Part shown: piece after piece, positions 26,601 to 38,798 of the stretch | How the letters are laid out: each line of letters begins with the position of its first letter | How positions within the stretch are numbered: position 1 is the stretch's first letter | Source: Octopus vulgaris | Taxonomy: Eukaryota | Length of the DNA: 64,000 bases | NCBI GenBank assembly: GCA_951406725.2 | Contig: OX597819.1 | Span: 88,660,001 to 88,724,000, forward strand | Direction of reading: 5' to 3' | Program-made: the position numbers and the translations under genes | The notes under the pieces: model-generated | What the model saw: the letters and a program-made list of their open reading frames with translations, nothing else | The model's database searches: none | What the model was told of the DNA's origin: nothing

Positions 26601-29600
26601 AAACCCATTATGACTATTATTAGATTGAAGCTAAATTTTCTGTGGTACCTCTCAAAAAGATTGCTAATTTCTCTAAGAAGCAACAATTGCAGAAATGGGT
26701 TTCATATATAATGGAAGGCAAGGTTTACAATATTGGGAGAATATCTCCTTCTCCCATTATATCTTGTTCTTTGTGTAGTTCAGGCTCTGGCAGGCAAAGA
26801 AAGAATTCTTTAAATACAAATGCAATTTACAACCGGTTTATTTACAAGTTTCACAGAACAGGTGAAGTGCGTTGCTCTCAGCAACAATCTCAAGCTGTGT
26901 GCATGGTGTTGTATCTCTATTAGTACGGGCACATTGCTTCTGGAGATACAACATACAGACAGGCCCAGCCAGTGAAGTGTGCTCAGCAAGCACTGCTATG
27001 TAGAAGCGGAGAGAGGGAATGAATCTGTTTCTATTTTGTTCTTATATTCAGTTTACCATTGTGAGCCTTGTTGTGATCTCACACATGGCAAATGGATACA
27101 GGTGAGGTCTCGCTCCAGTCTCAGAGATAGCAATGGCTGCTGCGAGATCTCATCCAATATGGTGATGACTGCTTGTGCCGCTACACATATTTAGAGAGAG
27201 TTATACTCACGTATTCACTCGAACACCATGTTTAGCTTCACTGATAGCCAACGTCTTTGACATGCTTGCAATAGCACCCTGTCAATAAAATATAAATGAT
27301 AAACATGTTAAAGGATGACAAAATTTCAATTCAAAATTTGGCGTTAATTTCTTATTTGACCTTCATTGTGTTGATATCATTGAGATAGTCTGATCTAGAG
27401 TATACAGGATATAATGAAGTTGATAAGAGTATGAAAACTGAGTATGAAAAGGTGGCAAGCTGGCAGAATCGTTAGCATGCCAGGCGAAATGCTTATCGGT
27501 ATTTCGTCTGCTGTTATGTTGTGAGTTTAAATTCCGCCACGGTAGACTTTGCCTTTCATCCTTTCAGGGTTGATAAATTAAGTACCAGTTACGCACTGGC
27601 GGCGATGTAATCGACTTAATCCCTTTGTCTGTCCTTGTTTGTCCTCTCTGTGTGTAGCCCCTTGTGGGCAATAAAGAAACAAGAGTATGAAAACTGCTTG
27701 AAATAATGGTATATTGAGTTCAGTCATAGGCCAAAGTGTACATACACATACATGGCAAATACGTCAGATGACAATGAATGAAATAGGAAGTCATTAAGAA
27801 CGTAATGTTTTACAAAACAGAGAAAAAATTAGGTAATGTGAAATTATCTTATCAATTCTGAAATTGTTGATAAATTTTGTATTGCTTATATTAATACAGT
27901 AGTAGAATAATACATTGTTGATCAAATGATCAAGTGTGGTTGATTGCCATGCTAAAAAGAGCAACCTAGACTCACAAATTACTTATAGAAATGGAGGGAC
28001 CATTACCATTTTGTGTATCAAATATATTGTCCAATATATCCTTCTTTCAAGAAGGAAATTTGGCTGGTATTCCTAGCAGGTTGAGTGACCAATATGGAAG
28101 GCTTGTATTCTTGGTATAAGAATAAAACTGGAAAATGTGCTAAAAATAAGCTGGTACATATTTATTAGTGGCTGAGCCAATGGGGGAGTCCCTATATAAT
28201 CACTAAAGCTGTTAGAATGAGCAGCTTAACCTCTCATATTCCACACTACTGTTTCAAGTTAAGAATACATAAGAGAATGTAATGTCAGACTCCTTTAAAA
28301 CTTAAAGAAAGGCAGAATGGTCATGGCTGGAATGGTTTTATCATAGGTTTACTTGGTTAGTATTAATGTGGAGCAGTGGTTTTCAACCAGGGTTCCGCGG
28401 AACCTTAGGGTTCCGCCAGTACAGTCCAGGGGTTCCGCAAGAAGTTACCAAAACTGCTAAAATCGGCCGTAATTTTTAATTCTCCTGTGCAGATATGTGT
28501 GCATAAGACTATTAAATTATTGCACAGGGGTTCCTCAAGCCAGTGGAATGCTTCCTTGGGGTTCCGCTCCAGCAAAAAGTTTGAAAAGCACTGATGTGGA
28601 GCTTATCAAAAACATAGTATGATTTAATAAATGCAGGTATGATATCCATTTTCAGGAACCTTTGGTTCCAAAGCCCTTTCAGGTTATAGACTTTTCTGAA
28701 TCACAGGTGGTCACTTTGGTCAACGCATAATAAAATGAAATACAGACACTTGCACATTAGTATAAATGCAACAAGTTCATTAATAGTGTAATTTGCAAGG
28801 TACCAGGGAACTAGTCTGGTGGTTGCAAGAATTTAAAGTTCCTTCTTATAAATTAGAATGGCCTTGCTGGAGCCTTGGATATTTCATGGAGTAGACAACC
28901 TCTACAACATTTTTATTATATTTCTGAAATAATTTCCGCTGCTACAAAACAGATCTCACAGAAAGCATTATTTCAATACAGAGCAATGTGTGAAAAGCAA
29001 CAATAATTTCTGGTGTGTACATTACTGTCAAATAAATTCTTGTAATAGTCTCTTGGTGAAAAATTGTTCACGGTCAAGTTTCACTATCACTAGACCGATT
29101 TATATTCAAACATCATCCCTGTCATTATCAACTGTTTATGATTAGAGAGGGTCAAATGAAAAGAAACAATTGACTTGATTTATCAAATATGAATGAATGC
29201 AATAATTTATATACACTTTTACTTGTTTCAGTCATTTGACTGCGGCCATGCTGGAGCACCGCCTTTAGTCGAGCAAATCGACCCCAGGACTTATTCTTTG
29301 AAAACCTAGTACTTATTTTATCGGTCTGTTTTGCCAAACCGGTAAGTTACAGGGACGTAAACACACCAGTATCGGTTGTCAAGCGATGCTGGGGGGACAA
29401 ACACAGACACACAAACATATGCACATATATATATACATATATACGATGGGCTTCTTTCAGTTTCCGTCTAACAAATCCGCTCACAAGACTTTGGTTGGCC
29501 CGAGGCTATAGTAGCAGACACTTGCCCAAGGTGCCACGCAGTGGGACTGAACCCAGAACCGAGTGGTTGGTGAGCAAGCTACTTACCACACAGCCACTCC

Positions 29601-32600
29601 TGCACCTATATATATGATTTTCTTATATAAACAAATATATAAACATTCACTTGAACACACTCCTCATACAATTCTAAAGTAAATATGAATGTATGGTACA
29701 GATATATTAACCCTTTAGTGTTCGCATTATTCTGACAAAATTAGTGCTTCTTCATCCACATTGCTTTGAACTAATCATTCATCATCTTGTAGCCATGAGA
29801 TTTTGATGAGGTAGCTGTTAATTTTTAAAACGATATAGTAGGGTTGGTGTGAGAGACCAGATCTGGCCAGTATGAACATAAAACAGGCAGAATACTTTTG
29901 GCCGGATATGGCCGGTTTAAATGCTAAAGGGTTAAACTAAATATACAGCACAGAAATATATGTGGTATATAATAATCCATTATAGTTATCCAAGCAAAAC
30001 TACCAATAAAAAAACATGAGCAAACTAATGATTCACAAATGCAATAAGTTGCAAAATGATAATTTCCTTAAAGTTCATTAAACAGTCGTGGATTAGTAGG
30101 TCTTTACCAATAACTCATATGGTAACTTGATCCAAGCAAAAGCAGTAGCACAATTAAAGAGCATACTGCATATGCTAACTTTCTTACAGAAAGACAAGCA
30201 GAATTATAACGTGATTATTTAGAGGTTCTTGGTTATCAGTGCCTGGAAAGTCAGTGTTGTGTCTGTATTCAATTTTTGAAGGAAGCAAGTAAAATCAAAA
30301 TCAAATTCGATGACTGGCATACGTACTAGCGGGGTGCAAAGAGCACCATACAAGTGTGATCGTTGACAGAGCGGCTAACTGGCTTCCGTGTCGGTGGCAC
30401 ATAAAAGGCACCATTCGAGTGTGATCGTTACCAGCATCACCTTACTGGCACTTCTGCCTGTGCTAGTAGGGTACCAAGAGCACCATCTGAGCATGATCGT
30501 TGCCAGAGCGGCTAACTGCCTTCCATGTCGGTGGCACGTAAAAGGCACCATTCGAGTGTGATCATTACCAGCGTTGCCTTACTAGCACCTGTGCTGGTGG
30601 CATGCATAAAAAGATTCGAGTGAGGTCATTGCCAGTGCCGCCTGACTGGCCCCATGCCGGTGACAGGTAAAAAGCACCCACTACATTCTCGGAATGGTTG
30701 GCATTAGGAAGGGCATCCAGCTGTAGAAACTCTGCCAGATCAAGATTGGAGCCTGGTGCAGCCATCTGGTTCACCAGCACTCAGTCAAAATCGTCCAACA
30801 CATGCTAGCATGGAAAGCCGACATTAAATGATGATGATGATGATGAATAAAAACGGAAGTTTAAGATACTACTTACTTTTGATGCTGTATAAGGAATAGA
30901 GTCTTTCTGCCCAATGTAAGCCACCACACTAGCAATATTAATGATGTTACCTTTGGCGAGGCGTATGTAGGGAAGGGCATACTAGATTAAAAAAAAAGGA
31001 AAGTTAAAAATTCCGATCTATATAAAGCTAGCAAACACAGAAAACTGAAAATGTTTATAATATAAGTGTAGAGAAATATATGTAATGAGTTTTGTAAAAA
31101 AAAAGTAAATTAAGGGATTTGGTATAAACAAGGGATTGGTTAAGTGATGTAGACTCCTCTGATGCAAACTCAATGAGGTTTGAAAATTGATACGGGCACA
31201 GCTGTGGCTGTGTGGTAAGAAGTTTGCTTCTCAACCATAGGATCCCAGGTTCAATCTAACTGTGTGACACGGGTGTCTTCAACCATAGTCTTAGGCTCTG
31301 GGTGAACCAAAGCCTTGTGTGTGGATTTGATAGATGGAAACTGAAAGAAGTCCATCATGTGTGTGTGGATATACACACACACACACACACACATGTTGGT
31401 TTGTCCATCAACATTACTTGACAACTGGTATTGGTTTGTTTATATTGTCATAACTTAGCAGTTTGGCAAAAGTGATTGGTAGAATAGGTACCAGCTTAAA
31501 ATAAGTACTGTACTCAATTTGCTCAACTAAACTCGTCAAGGAGATGCTCCAGCATGATGTCAAGACATAGACACACAGATACACACACACACACAGTCAG
31601 ATGTGTCTTCATCATTATTCAAAGCCTATTTTCCATGCTGGCATGGGTTGGATGGTTTGACTAGAGCTGGCAAGCTGGAGAACAGTTTGTTTCTGCTTGA
31701 TTAATAGTATTTGCATTGCATTGAGGGTCTGTAATTGAAAATATCGAAAATTTTGAATTCATCATTCATATGAATTCCTTTTTGTTCTTGAATCTTATAG
31801 TTTCATTGTTTTTGATAAATTTAACCATGCTATAATGTATTACATATGATATAGTTTAAGTATAGTAACAAAACTAGGAGAACTGTTAAGGGGACAGAAA
31901 TCAAGTTATTGCAATCAACCATACTCTCTCAGAAAAGTCAATTTTTCATGGATATTTCCAGAGAAGCCTTCAGATTTCATAGATGTACAGGTGTCATTGG
32001 CAGTAGGGAAAATTCCATGAATGAAGTCCATGAACTGCTAACACTTCTAATGAGACTCGTGTTATAGTTCCTGGTAGTTTATGCTTTGTGGATCTAATGA
32101 GTGTTAAAGTGAGTTATACAGAGTAACAAAAAGGTTGAAATTTTGTGAGTTGTCTCTTCTGTTGTCAGCAAAAGATATCTCTGTATATAAGAAAAGTAGA
32201 CCCTATAGATCATTCATAAAAATTATGATGATATAGGGTAATGAGACATGGTCATAGAGAAGTGTTAACTTTCGTGAAAGGCAATGTATAATTGAGCTGT
32301 GAGTGTGATAGGACACTAAAGGCATCTGTTGATGTCCCCAGGAAAAATGAATGTACTGGCATGGATGTGTACGATGGATTTCCAATGAGTGTTTTGAAAA
32401 ATAAATAAATAAAAAAGATAATGCCGTTTGCTTATAGTGGAAGGTATTTAACATAGAAAAATTAAGACATGATGGAAAGAAATGAAAACAATAACATTTA
32501 TAAGAGAAGAATACAGAAATGAAGAAATGAGTAAAGTCACCTTGCATGTGAGGAATACAGCAATTAAATTTACTTGAAGAAGTTTATAAAAGCATTCAAC

Positions 32601-33083
32601 TGTAACATCATCAATGGCAGCATATCCTGGGTCTGTAAAAAAAATCTATTTACTATAAATCATTCGGTATACCAATATTACAGTGAAAAATACTGTGGCA
32701 ACAGGAAGTTGTCAAAATGTTATGACTGGTGGTAACAAGATGTAATTAAAGAATTGTCTGCTCTTTCTCGTAAGTCATGCAACCTCATAGAGGCACCCTT
32801 ATTGGTTTGTAATATAAATAATTTAGAAAAAGAGTCTAAGAGTGATGTTAACTTACGGTAGCCAGCATTGTTGATTAAACAGTCTATGGTGCCATACTTC
32901 TCAACCACCTTTTCAATCATGTTCTGGCAAGAGAAAAGATGAAGAATATTAAACCATAATATAAATACCTATATAATAATAATAATAATAATAATAGGGG
33001 TAAAATTAATTAATTAATTAATTAATAATTTTATCAAGTAGTCAGTATGTTAAAAAGCCTTTTTAAACCATAATATAAATACC

Positions 33084-33138
<55 letters not shown>

Positions 33139-36100
33139 TAATAATAATAATATAGGGTAAAATTAATTAATTAATTAATTAATAATTTTATCAAGTAGTC
33201 AGTATGTTAAAAAGCCTTTTTAGGTGAATTATACAAAATATTCTATAATTATATACATAATTATATTCAGGGATCAGCTAAATGTCTCGCCATATACTGA
33301 ATTAGAAATAGAGGCTAATGTCTTTTCAGCTACCAGAAAAATCTCCAAGACAATAACACACGTTTTTCATTATCATCATCATCATCATTTAACATCCATT
33401 TTCCATGCTGGCATGGGTTCAACTGGGATCTGGGAAGCCAGGAGGTCCCAATCTGATCTGGCAGTGTTTCTACAGCTGGATACCCTTCCATACCAACCAC
33501 TCCGAGAGTGTAGTGGGTGCATTTTACATGCCACCAGCACAGGGGCTAGAGGAGCTGGCATCGACCACAATCAGATGTTGCTTTTTATGTGCCACTAGCA
33601 CGGAAGCCAATCAAAGTGACACTGGCATTGGCCACGTTCGGATGTTGCTTTTTACGAGCTACTGGCATGGGGGTCACAACTACAATTTCCATTTGATTTG
33701 ATTTTGATATTCATGTTGATGTTGATGTACTTGACTCAATAGGTCTCCTCAAGCATGGCATGTCACCCTACAATCCAAAGTACTTTTGAGTGGGCTGGTT
33801 ATGCAACACTGGTGTAGGTTACAGCTGTGGACTCACTTTATTTGCCAGGTTTTCTCAGTCACAGCATACCTCCAGAGGTCTTGGTCTTTTGTCAATGCCT
33901 CTGTGAGGCCCAATGTTTGAAGGTCATGCTTACCACCTCATCCCATGTCTTCCTGGGTCTCCCTCTACCCTGGATTCCTTCCATTGTTTGGGAGTGGCTC
34001 TTCTTCACAGAGCTCTCCTCATCCATCTGCAGTACATGACCATACCAATGCAAACGTCTTTCTTTCATGCCACATCCAGTGCTTCTTATGTCCAGCATTC
34101 CTCTCAGGGCGCTTACACTCTGTCATGTGTGCACACTGACATTACACATCCAGCGGATCATATTAACTTCATTTCTTACGAGCCTATGCATGTCTTCAGC
34201 AGTCACAGCCCATGTTTCACTGCTGTGAAGCATGGCAGTTCGCACACATGCATCATACAATCTACCTTTAACTCTGAGCAAGAGGCCCTTTGTCACCAGT
34301 AGGGGTAGAAGCTTTCTGAACTTTGCCCAGGCTATTCTTATTCTAGTGGTAGCACTCTCCAAGCATCCACCCCCCACTACAGACTTGGTCACCTAGGTAG
34401 CGGAAGCTATCAACTACTTCTAGTTTCTCCCCTTGGTAAGTGATGGAGTCTGTTTTCTGAACATTTGTGGTGTTTATTGCCTCCATGCATCTGCTGCAGA
34501 CGAAAGCCATCTTCCTTTGATGTTGCTGCACGTCTTATGTGTCCATAGCTTACACTGGGTACATCTTTTCGTATGTCAATAAAAAAATATTTGTGTACGT
34601 TTACCTATTCACTAAAACATCAACAAACTATAGTGAAACCACACTGCCACTGAAAAGACCCTCACATTGGAAGGGAGTTCTCGCCCTTTCGTACCAGAAA
34701 AAGAAAGAAAAAATTTCAACTAGATGTACGTGGCGGAGGAGGGGGGGTTAAGAAGCTTGCTTCTCAAACATATAGTTTTGGGTTCAGTCCCACTGCACAG
34801 CACTTTGGTCACCTGGCTTCTACAATAGTCCTGGGTAAACCCTAGCTTTATGAGTGATTTTAGTAGACAGATCCCGAAAGAAGCCCATAACACGCATGCA
34901 TGCATGGGTGCTAGTATACAATAGCGGTCTACTACGATGTTAAACAGTACAGCCAGGGTTATCTACCTTAAAAGCTACTACTGGGAGATAATGAAGAAAG
35001 ACTCAGATGATTTATTTGCATCGTTCCCTAATGACATAAGAAGTGCTTATCGTTAAAATGGATTGTCTTGATATATCTGTGTAATTTCTTTATCATATAA
35101 AATAATATAAGATTCAATTTTTCTTATTTGTGTAATTCCTTTAGGGTTTGTACGAAGTGTTTTATCTCTGAAATATCTGAAAGATAAGGTAGATAACCCT
35201 GGCTCTAGTGTTGAATATCGTGGTAGATAGCATACTATACTAACACGCATGCATGCGTGTGTTTGTGCGTGTGTTCCATAGCACAGCTTCATAAGCAGTG
35301 TTGTTGTAAATACATCCCCCGCAACTCAGCGATTCGGTAAAAGAGACTGCTGGAATAAGTACGCAACTTACAAAAAATATGTTCTGGAGGCAATCTGTTC
35401 AACTAAACCCTTCAACGCAGTGCATCAGTTTGGCTGCAATCAAATGACTGAAACAAGATATTTTCTCCTGCTATATATATCCTATTTTAGGCTTTTAATG
35501 TTCCGTGCATGTGGTAGTCTTTCATCAGCTCATAAAACATTATTCACTCTTACTTTGATTTGTGCTTCATCACGTAAATTACAGTTGATATAATATGCTT
35601 CTCCAGGTCCCATTTTGTTCATTTTTTCTTCTAAAGGCTTAGCTTCATCATCTGAAATAGAATTTAAAAAAAAAAAAAAAAGAAAAAAACAGGGAAATCA
35701 AAATATAATTATGCATATTTTGCTTTAAAACTTCACCATAAATTTATACAAAAATATAAGAATAACAACTTTAAAAAGCGGTTCGATATATCCTATCACA
35801 TTTGATGAAATGTATTTGTAGATTCAAGGGAGTGAACTCATTGAGATTTTATCATTTCAACAACATTCACATCCCAACACATATAATGGCGCGCGTGCAT
35901 GTGTGTGTGTGTGTGCGCCCGCTTCCACAAGAATGGGTGTGCGATTAAGAAGTTTGCTGCCAACTATATGGCTTTGAGCAAAACCAATGCATGGCTGCTT
36001 GACTAAGTGTTTTATACAGTAGCTGCAGATTAGCAGTCTTGTAAGTAGCTGCTTATGTATGCATGTGCTTATGCATATACATTTGTTGATAACTTGTATA

Positions 36101-37539
36101 ACAGGGATATATATAAAGCAGCTTAGCATATTCCTTATTGAGGTCATAAGAATTTATAGACATTTGAGAGAAAGTAGAGTAAAACTTTCTTGAATAGGAT
36201 ATATTAATAATAGCATGTCAATATTCTTTTCTATTCGAGGCACAAGGCCGAAATTTTGGGGGAAGGGTCAGTCGATTAGATCGATCCCAGTACACATCTG
36301 GTACTTAATTTTATCGACCTCGAGAAGATGAAAGATAAAGTCGACCTCGGCGGAATTTGAACTCAGAATGTAAAGACAGACGAAATACCGCTAAGTATGC
36401 AACTGGTACTAAATTTATCGACCCCGAGAGGATGAAAGACAAAGTTGACCTCGGCGGAATTTGAACTCAGAACGTAACGGCAGACGAAATACCTATTTCT
36501 TTACTACCCACAAGGGGCTAAACACAGAGAGGACAAACAAGGACAGACAAACGGATTATGTCGAATATATCGACCCCAGTGCGTAACTGGTACTTAGTTT
36601 ATCGACCCCGAAAGGATGAAAGGCAAACTCGACCTCGGCGGAATTTGAACTCAGAACGTAACGGCAGACGAAATACCGCTTAGCATTTCGTCCGGCGTGC
36701 TAACGATTCTGCCAGCTCGCCGCCTGTAAATATTAGGTTGAAAAACGATCTGGATAGAAAAAGTTAAATCTCATACCAAGGATGTCACAGAAGGCAACTT
36801 TTGCACCATTCTTCACTGCAAGGAAAACAAAAAGAAAAAAAAAGTTATGACAATATCGTTCTAACTTAAATAACAGAAAATGGTTAATCATTAGAGTAAA
36901 TATTTCCGATTTGACCGGTTTCAATTAAACAAAAGCCTTCAGGGAATATACAGATATTTCTAGGTTGGGGACCCAAGCAAAACTAGAGATTTCATAACAT
37001 ATGATTGATTGTTTATACAGGTGGTGTGGAACCTTATAATTGGGCTGTGAGGTTATTCACTTCACAGTTATGTAATTTTGAGTTCAGTCCCACTAAGTGA
37101 CATTTTGGGCAACTGTATTCTAGTATAATCCCAAGCTGACCAATGTTTTCTCAGTTTTCGAACTGAACCATTAATTTTAGAAATGATCATTATGACTGTT
37201 AGATCAGTTAAACAAGCTTTGATGTGGTTAGCGTGTGAACAACCTCCATATCTCAGAAGTGGAATGACTGTTGATAGTACTCTACTAAAGGGTGCGTGTC
37301 TTGTTCATGCACAGTTAATGACCTGTTATAAAGAACAGGTATTACAAATAACTTACAAACTTCTTATTGCTTGCTTTTTGTAAAGCAAGGAGCGGCTGTG
37401 TGGTAAGTAGCTTGCTAACCAACCACATGGTTCTGGGTTCATTCCCAATGCGTGGCACCTTGAGCAAGTGTCTTCTGCTTTGCCTCGGGCCGACCTGTGA
37501 GTGGATTTGGTAGACGGAAACTGAAAGAAGCCCGTCGTC

Positions 37540-37596
<57 letters not shown>

Positions 37597-38225
37597 GTGT
37601 ATGTTTGTGTGTCTGTGTTTGTCCCCCAACATCGCTTGACAACCGATGCTGGTGTGTTTACGTCCCCGTAACTTAGCGTTTCGACAAAAGAACCGATAGA
37701 ATAAGTACCAGGCTTCCAAAGAATAAGTCCTGGGGTCGATTTGCTCGACTAAAGGCGGTGCTCCAGCATGGCCGCAGTCAAATGACTGAAACAAGTAAAA
37801 GAGAACCACTTAAAGAGAAGAGAAATTTAGTAATATATCAAATTTAGTACATGATGTCAGGCATAAGTAAATGTGTATTTGACTGTTCATTTCTGTCCAG
37901 TAGATAAAAGACAATGTCACACACACAGTCAAGACATTGGAGAGTGTGGCCGAAAGATTGCTGAGAAAGTCGTATTTCAGAACTTTTGCAACATTCTATT
38001 CCTAACGAGCTAAAGTTCTGACTGTAATACACAGACACATGCAGAGAGAGATAAAGAGAGAGAGAAGGAGAGAGAGAGAGAGAGAGCGGGGGCATAGATG
38101 ACAGCAAAAACAAGTTAATTAAAACAGATATAGTTACCGAATGTTTCAACACATCCTTTCCCAATTCCCCGGGCACCACCAGTAACGATGACAACTTTGT
38201 CCTGGTATCGGAGAGACGAATCCAT
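19464..38225 (-). CDS. HSD17B14: HSD17B14-like short-chain dehydrogenase/reductase, copy B (complete, 9 exons, 804 nt, 267 aa)
   Basis: Exons (- strand): 38225-38138 (MDSSLRYQDKVVIVTGGARGIGKGCVETF; TGxxxGxG), 36815-36777, 35651-35554, 32923-32857, 32632-32541, 30981-30877 ([19 protein letters not shown]), 27278-27211, 24240-24144, 19613-19464 (TAA). Lengths 88/39/98/67/92/105/68/97/150; exons 2-9 match copy A in length. All splice sites GT-AG, no stops. Asp in VAFCD suggests NAD(H) preference. Confidence 0.92.
20355..21144. mobile_element. Non-autonomous TIR element (about 790 bp), duplicated in copy C at about 55221-56007
   Basis: Inverted ends TTGCTGTCACAGATTTCC / GGAAATCTGTGACAGCAA. Confidence 0.65.
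21490..21690. mobile_element. Mariner-type MITE (other copies at about 25050-25250 and 50645-50855)
   Basis: TIRs CTGAAAAGTTCCTGGCTTT / AAAGCCAGGAACTTTTC. Confidence 0.72.
23437..24010 (-). mobile_element. tRNA-derived SINE (family 1), full copy plus tandem partial heads
   Basis: Full copy at 23437-23831 with additional head fragments to about 24010; homologous partial array in copy C at 52815-53060. Confidence 0.8.
26707..27185 (-). mobile_element. Probable solo LTR (479 bp) with 4-bp TSD
   Basis: Ends TA(TG)...CA; CATA duplicated at 26703-26706 and 27186-27189; AATAAA on the minus strand near 26840. The paralogous copy A intron (AAATGTGAAACCCATT, about 8697-8712) shows the empty site. Confidence 0.7.
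27451..27680 (+). mobile_element. Full family-2 SINE with Tx1-type tail; TSD AAGAGTATGAAAACTG
   Basis: TSD at 27425-27440 and 27681-27696, with 10 extra nt (AGTATGAAAA) at the 5' junction; tail GCCCCTTGTGGGCAATAAAGAAA. Confidence 0.85.
28374..28593. mobile_element. hAT-type MITE (220 bp)
   Basis: TIRs CAGTGGTTTTCAA / TTGAAAAGCACTG; perfect 8-bp TSD ATGTGGAG (28366-28373, 28594-28601). Confidence 0.88.
29216..29607 (-). mobile_element. tRNA-derived SINE (family 1)
   Basis: Same head, core and tail as the other family-1 copies. Confidence 0.85.
29711..29931. mobile_element. piggyBac-type MITE
   Basis: TTAA|CCCTTTAG ... CTAAAGGG|TTAA. Confidence 0.8.
32951..33222. repeat. Local tandem duplication containing (TAA)n
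   Basis: AAACCATAATATAAATACCTATA(TAA)n...GTTAAAAAGCCTTTTTA occurs twice. Confidence 0.85.
33372..34560 (-). mobile_element. RTE-clade LINE 3' fragment with repeat-containing 3' UTR and (GAT)n tail
   Basis: FRYLG, RIRIAWAKFRKL, YDACVRTAMLHSSETW, RRLHWYGHV, GRGRPRKTW; tail AAATGATGATG. Confidence 0.85.
36222..36724 (-). mobile_element. Nested/tandem array of three family-2 SINE units
   Basis: The unit with Tx1-type tail ends GTAGTAAAGAAATA and is followed directly by GGTATTTCGTCTGCCG (36493-36478), a repeat of 36677-36662. The last unit carries the alternative CCCAAAATTTCGGCCTTGTGCC tail. Confidence 0.85.
37387..37803 (+). mobile_element. tRNA-derived SINE (family 1)
   Basis: Same head, core and tail; long internal (TG)n. 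Confidence 0.85.
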
Positions 38226-38399
38226 GTCTACAGATATCGCTTTCACTTATGAAAATGAATTAAGTGTGTTGCATTAGTTGCCTCTTTGTGAAAAACGCTC
38301 CACCCCTTTTTAAAGATAAAAAAAAAAAAATTTATATCTACTAGATGGATCTCGAGAGCTGTGACACCACCTTTTGCTTTGCTACACTTTCACTAAACC

Positions 38400-38576
38400 T
38401 CCTCTGACTTATGGCATTTGGTGAATGGGGGACTTTGCTGCCCTCAGCTGCATTTATTGCTGCAGGGTATCTTCATCCGGAACTTTTGACAGGAAGCGAT
38501 GCAGTCTCGTTACAAAGATGCCCACATCCACTGCATGCAATTCACTCATGCTTTGTGGGAGGATATTAAAAAGCTG
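38400..38576 (-). mobile_element. Old CR1/L2-like LINE 3' fragment (continues at 44175-44225), interrupted by the SINE and Tx1 LINE
   Basis: Joining across the insertion gives FNRLGFKSPQLFNILPQSMSELHAVDVGIFVTRLHRFLSKVPDE, which resembles a LINE RT-ORF C-terminus. Confidence 0.6.
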
Positions 38577-38798
38577 CGAGCTGGCAGAACCGTTAGCACG
38601 CCGGGTGAAATGCGTAGCCGTATTTCGTCTGCCGCACATGTGTTCGTGAAGTAAGAATTGCTGTTTCGTGGTGTTAATATTGTTAACAACTGTTGTTTCT
38701 TGTTAAACTGTTGAATAACTTAACTGTTGGAGTTTTCAATTGAAAACACTTAGTGCTTGTGGTAGCACGCGTTGTTCATTCCCCCTTTGGGGGGAAGA

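Noticed and set aside
30340-30680. Regularly spaced repeats of about 65 bp resembling a CRISPR array (also 8090-8300, 47380-47700)
   Set aside because: The 'spacers' are themselves homologous, there are no cas genes, and the array is part of an RTE 3' UTR in a eukaryote.
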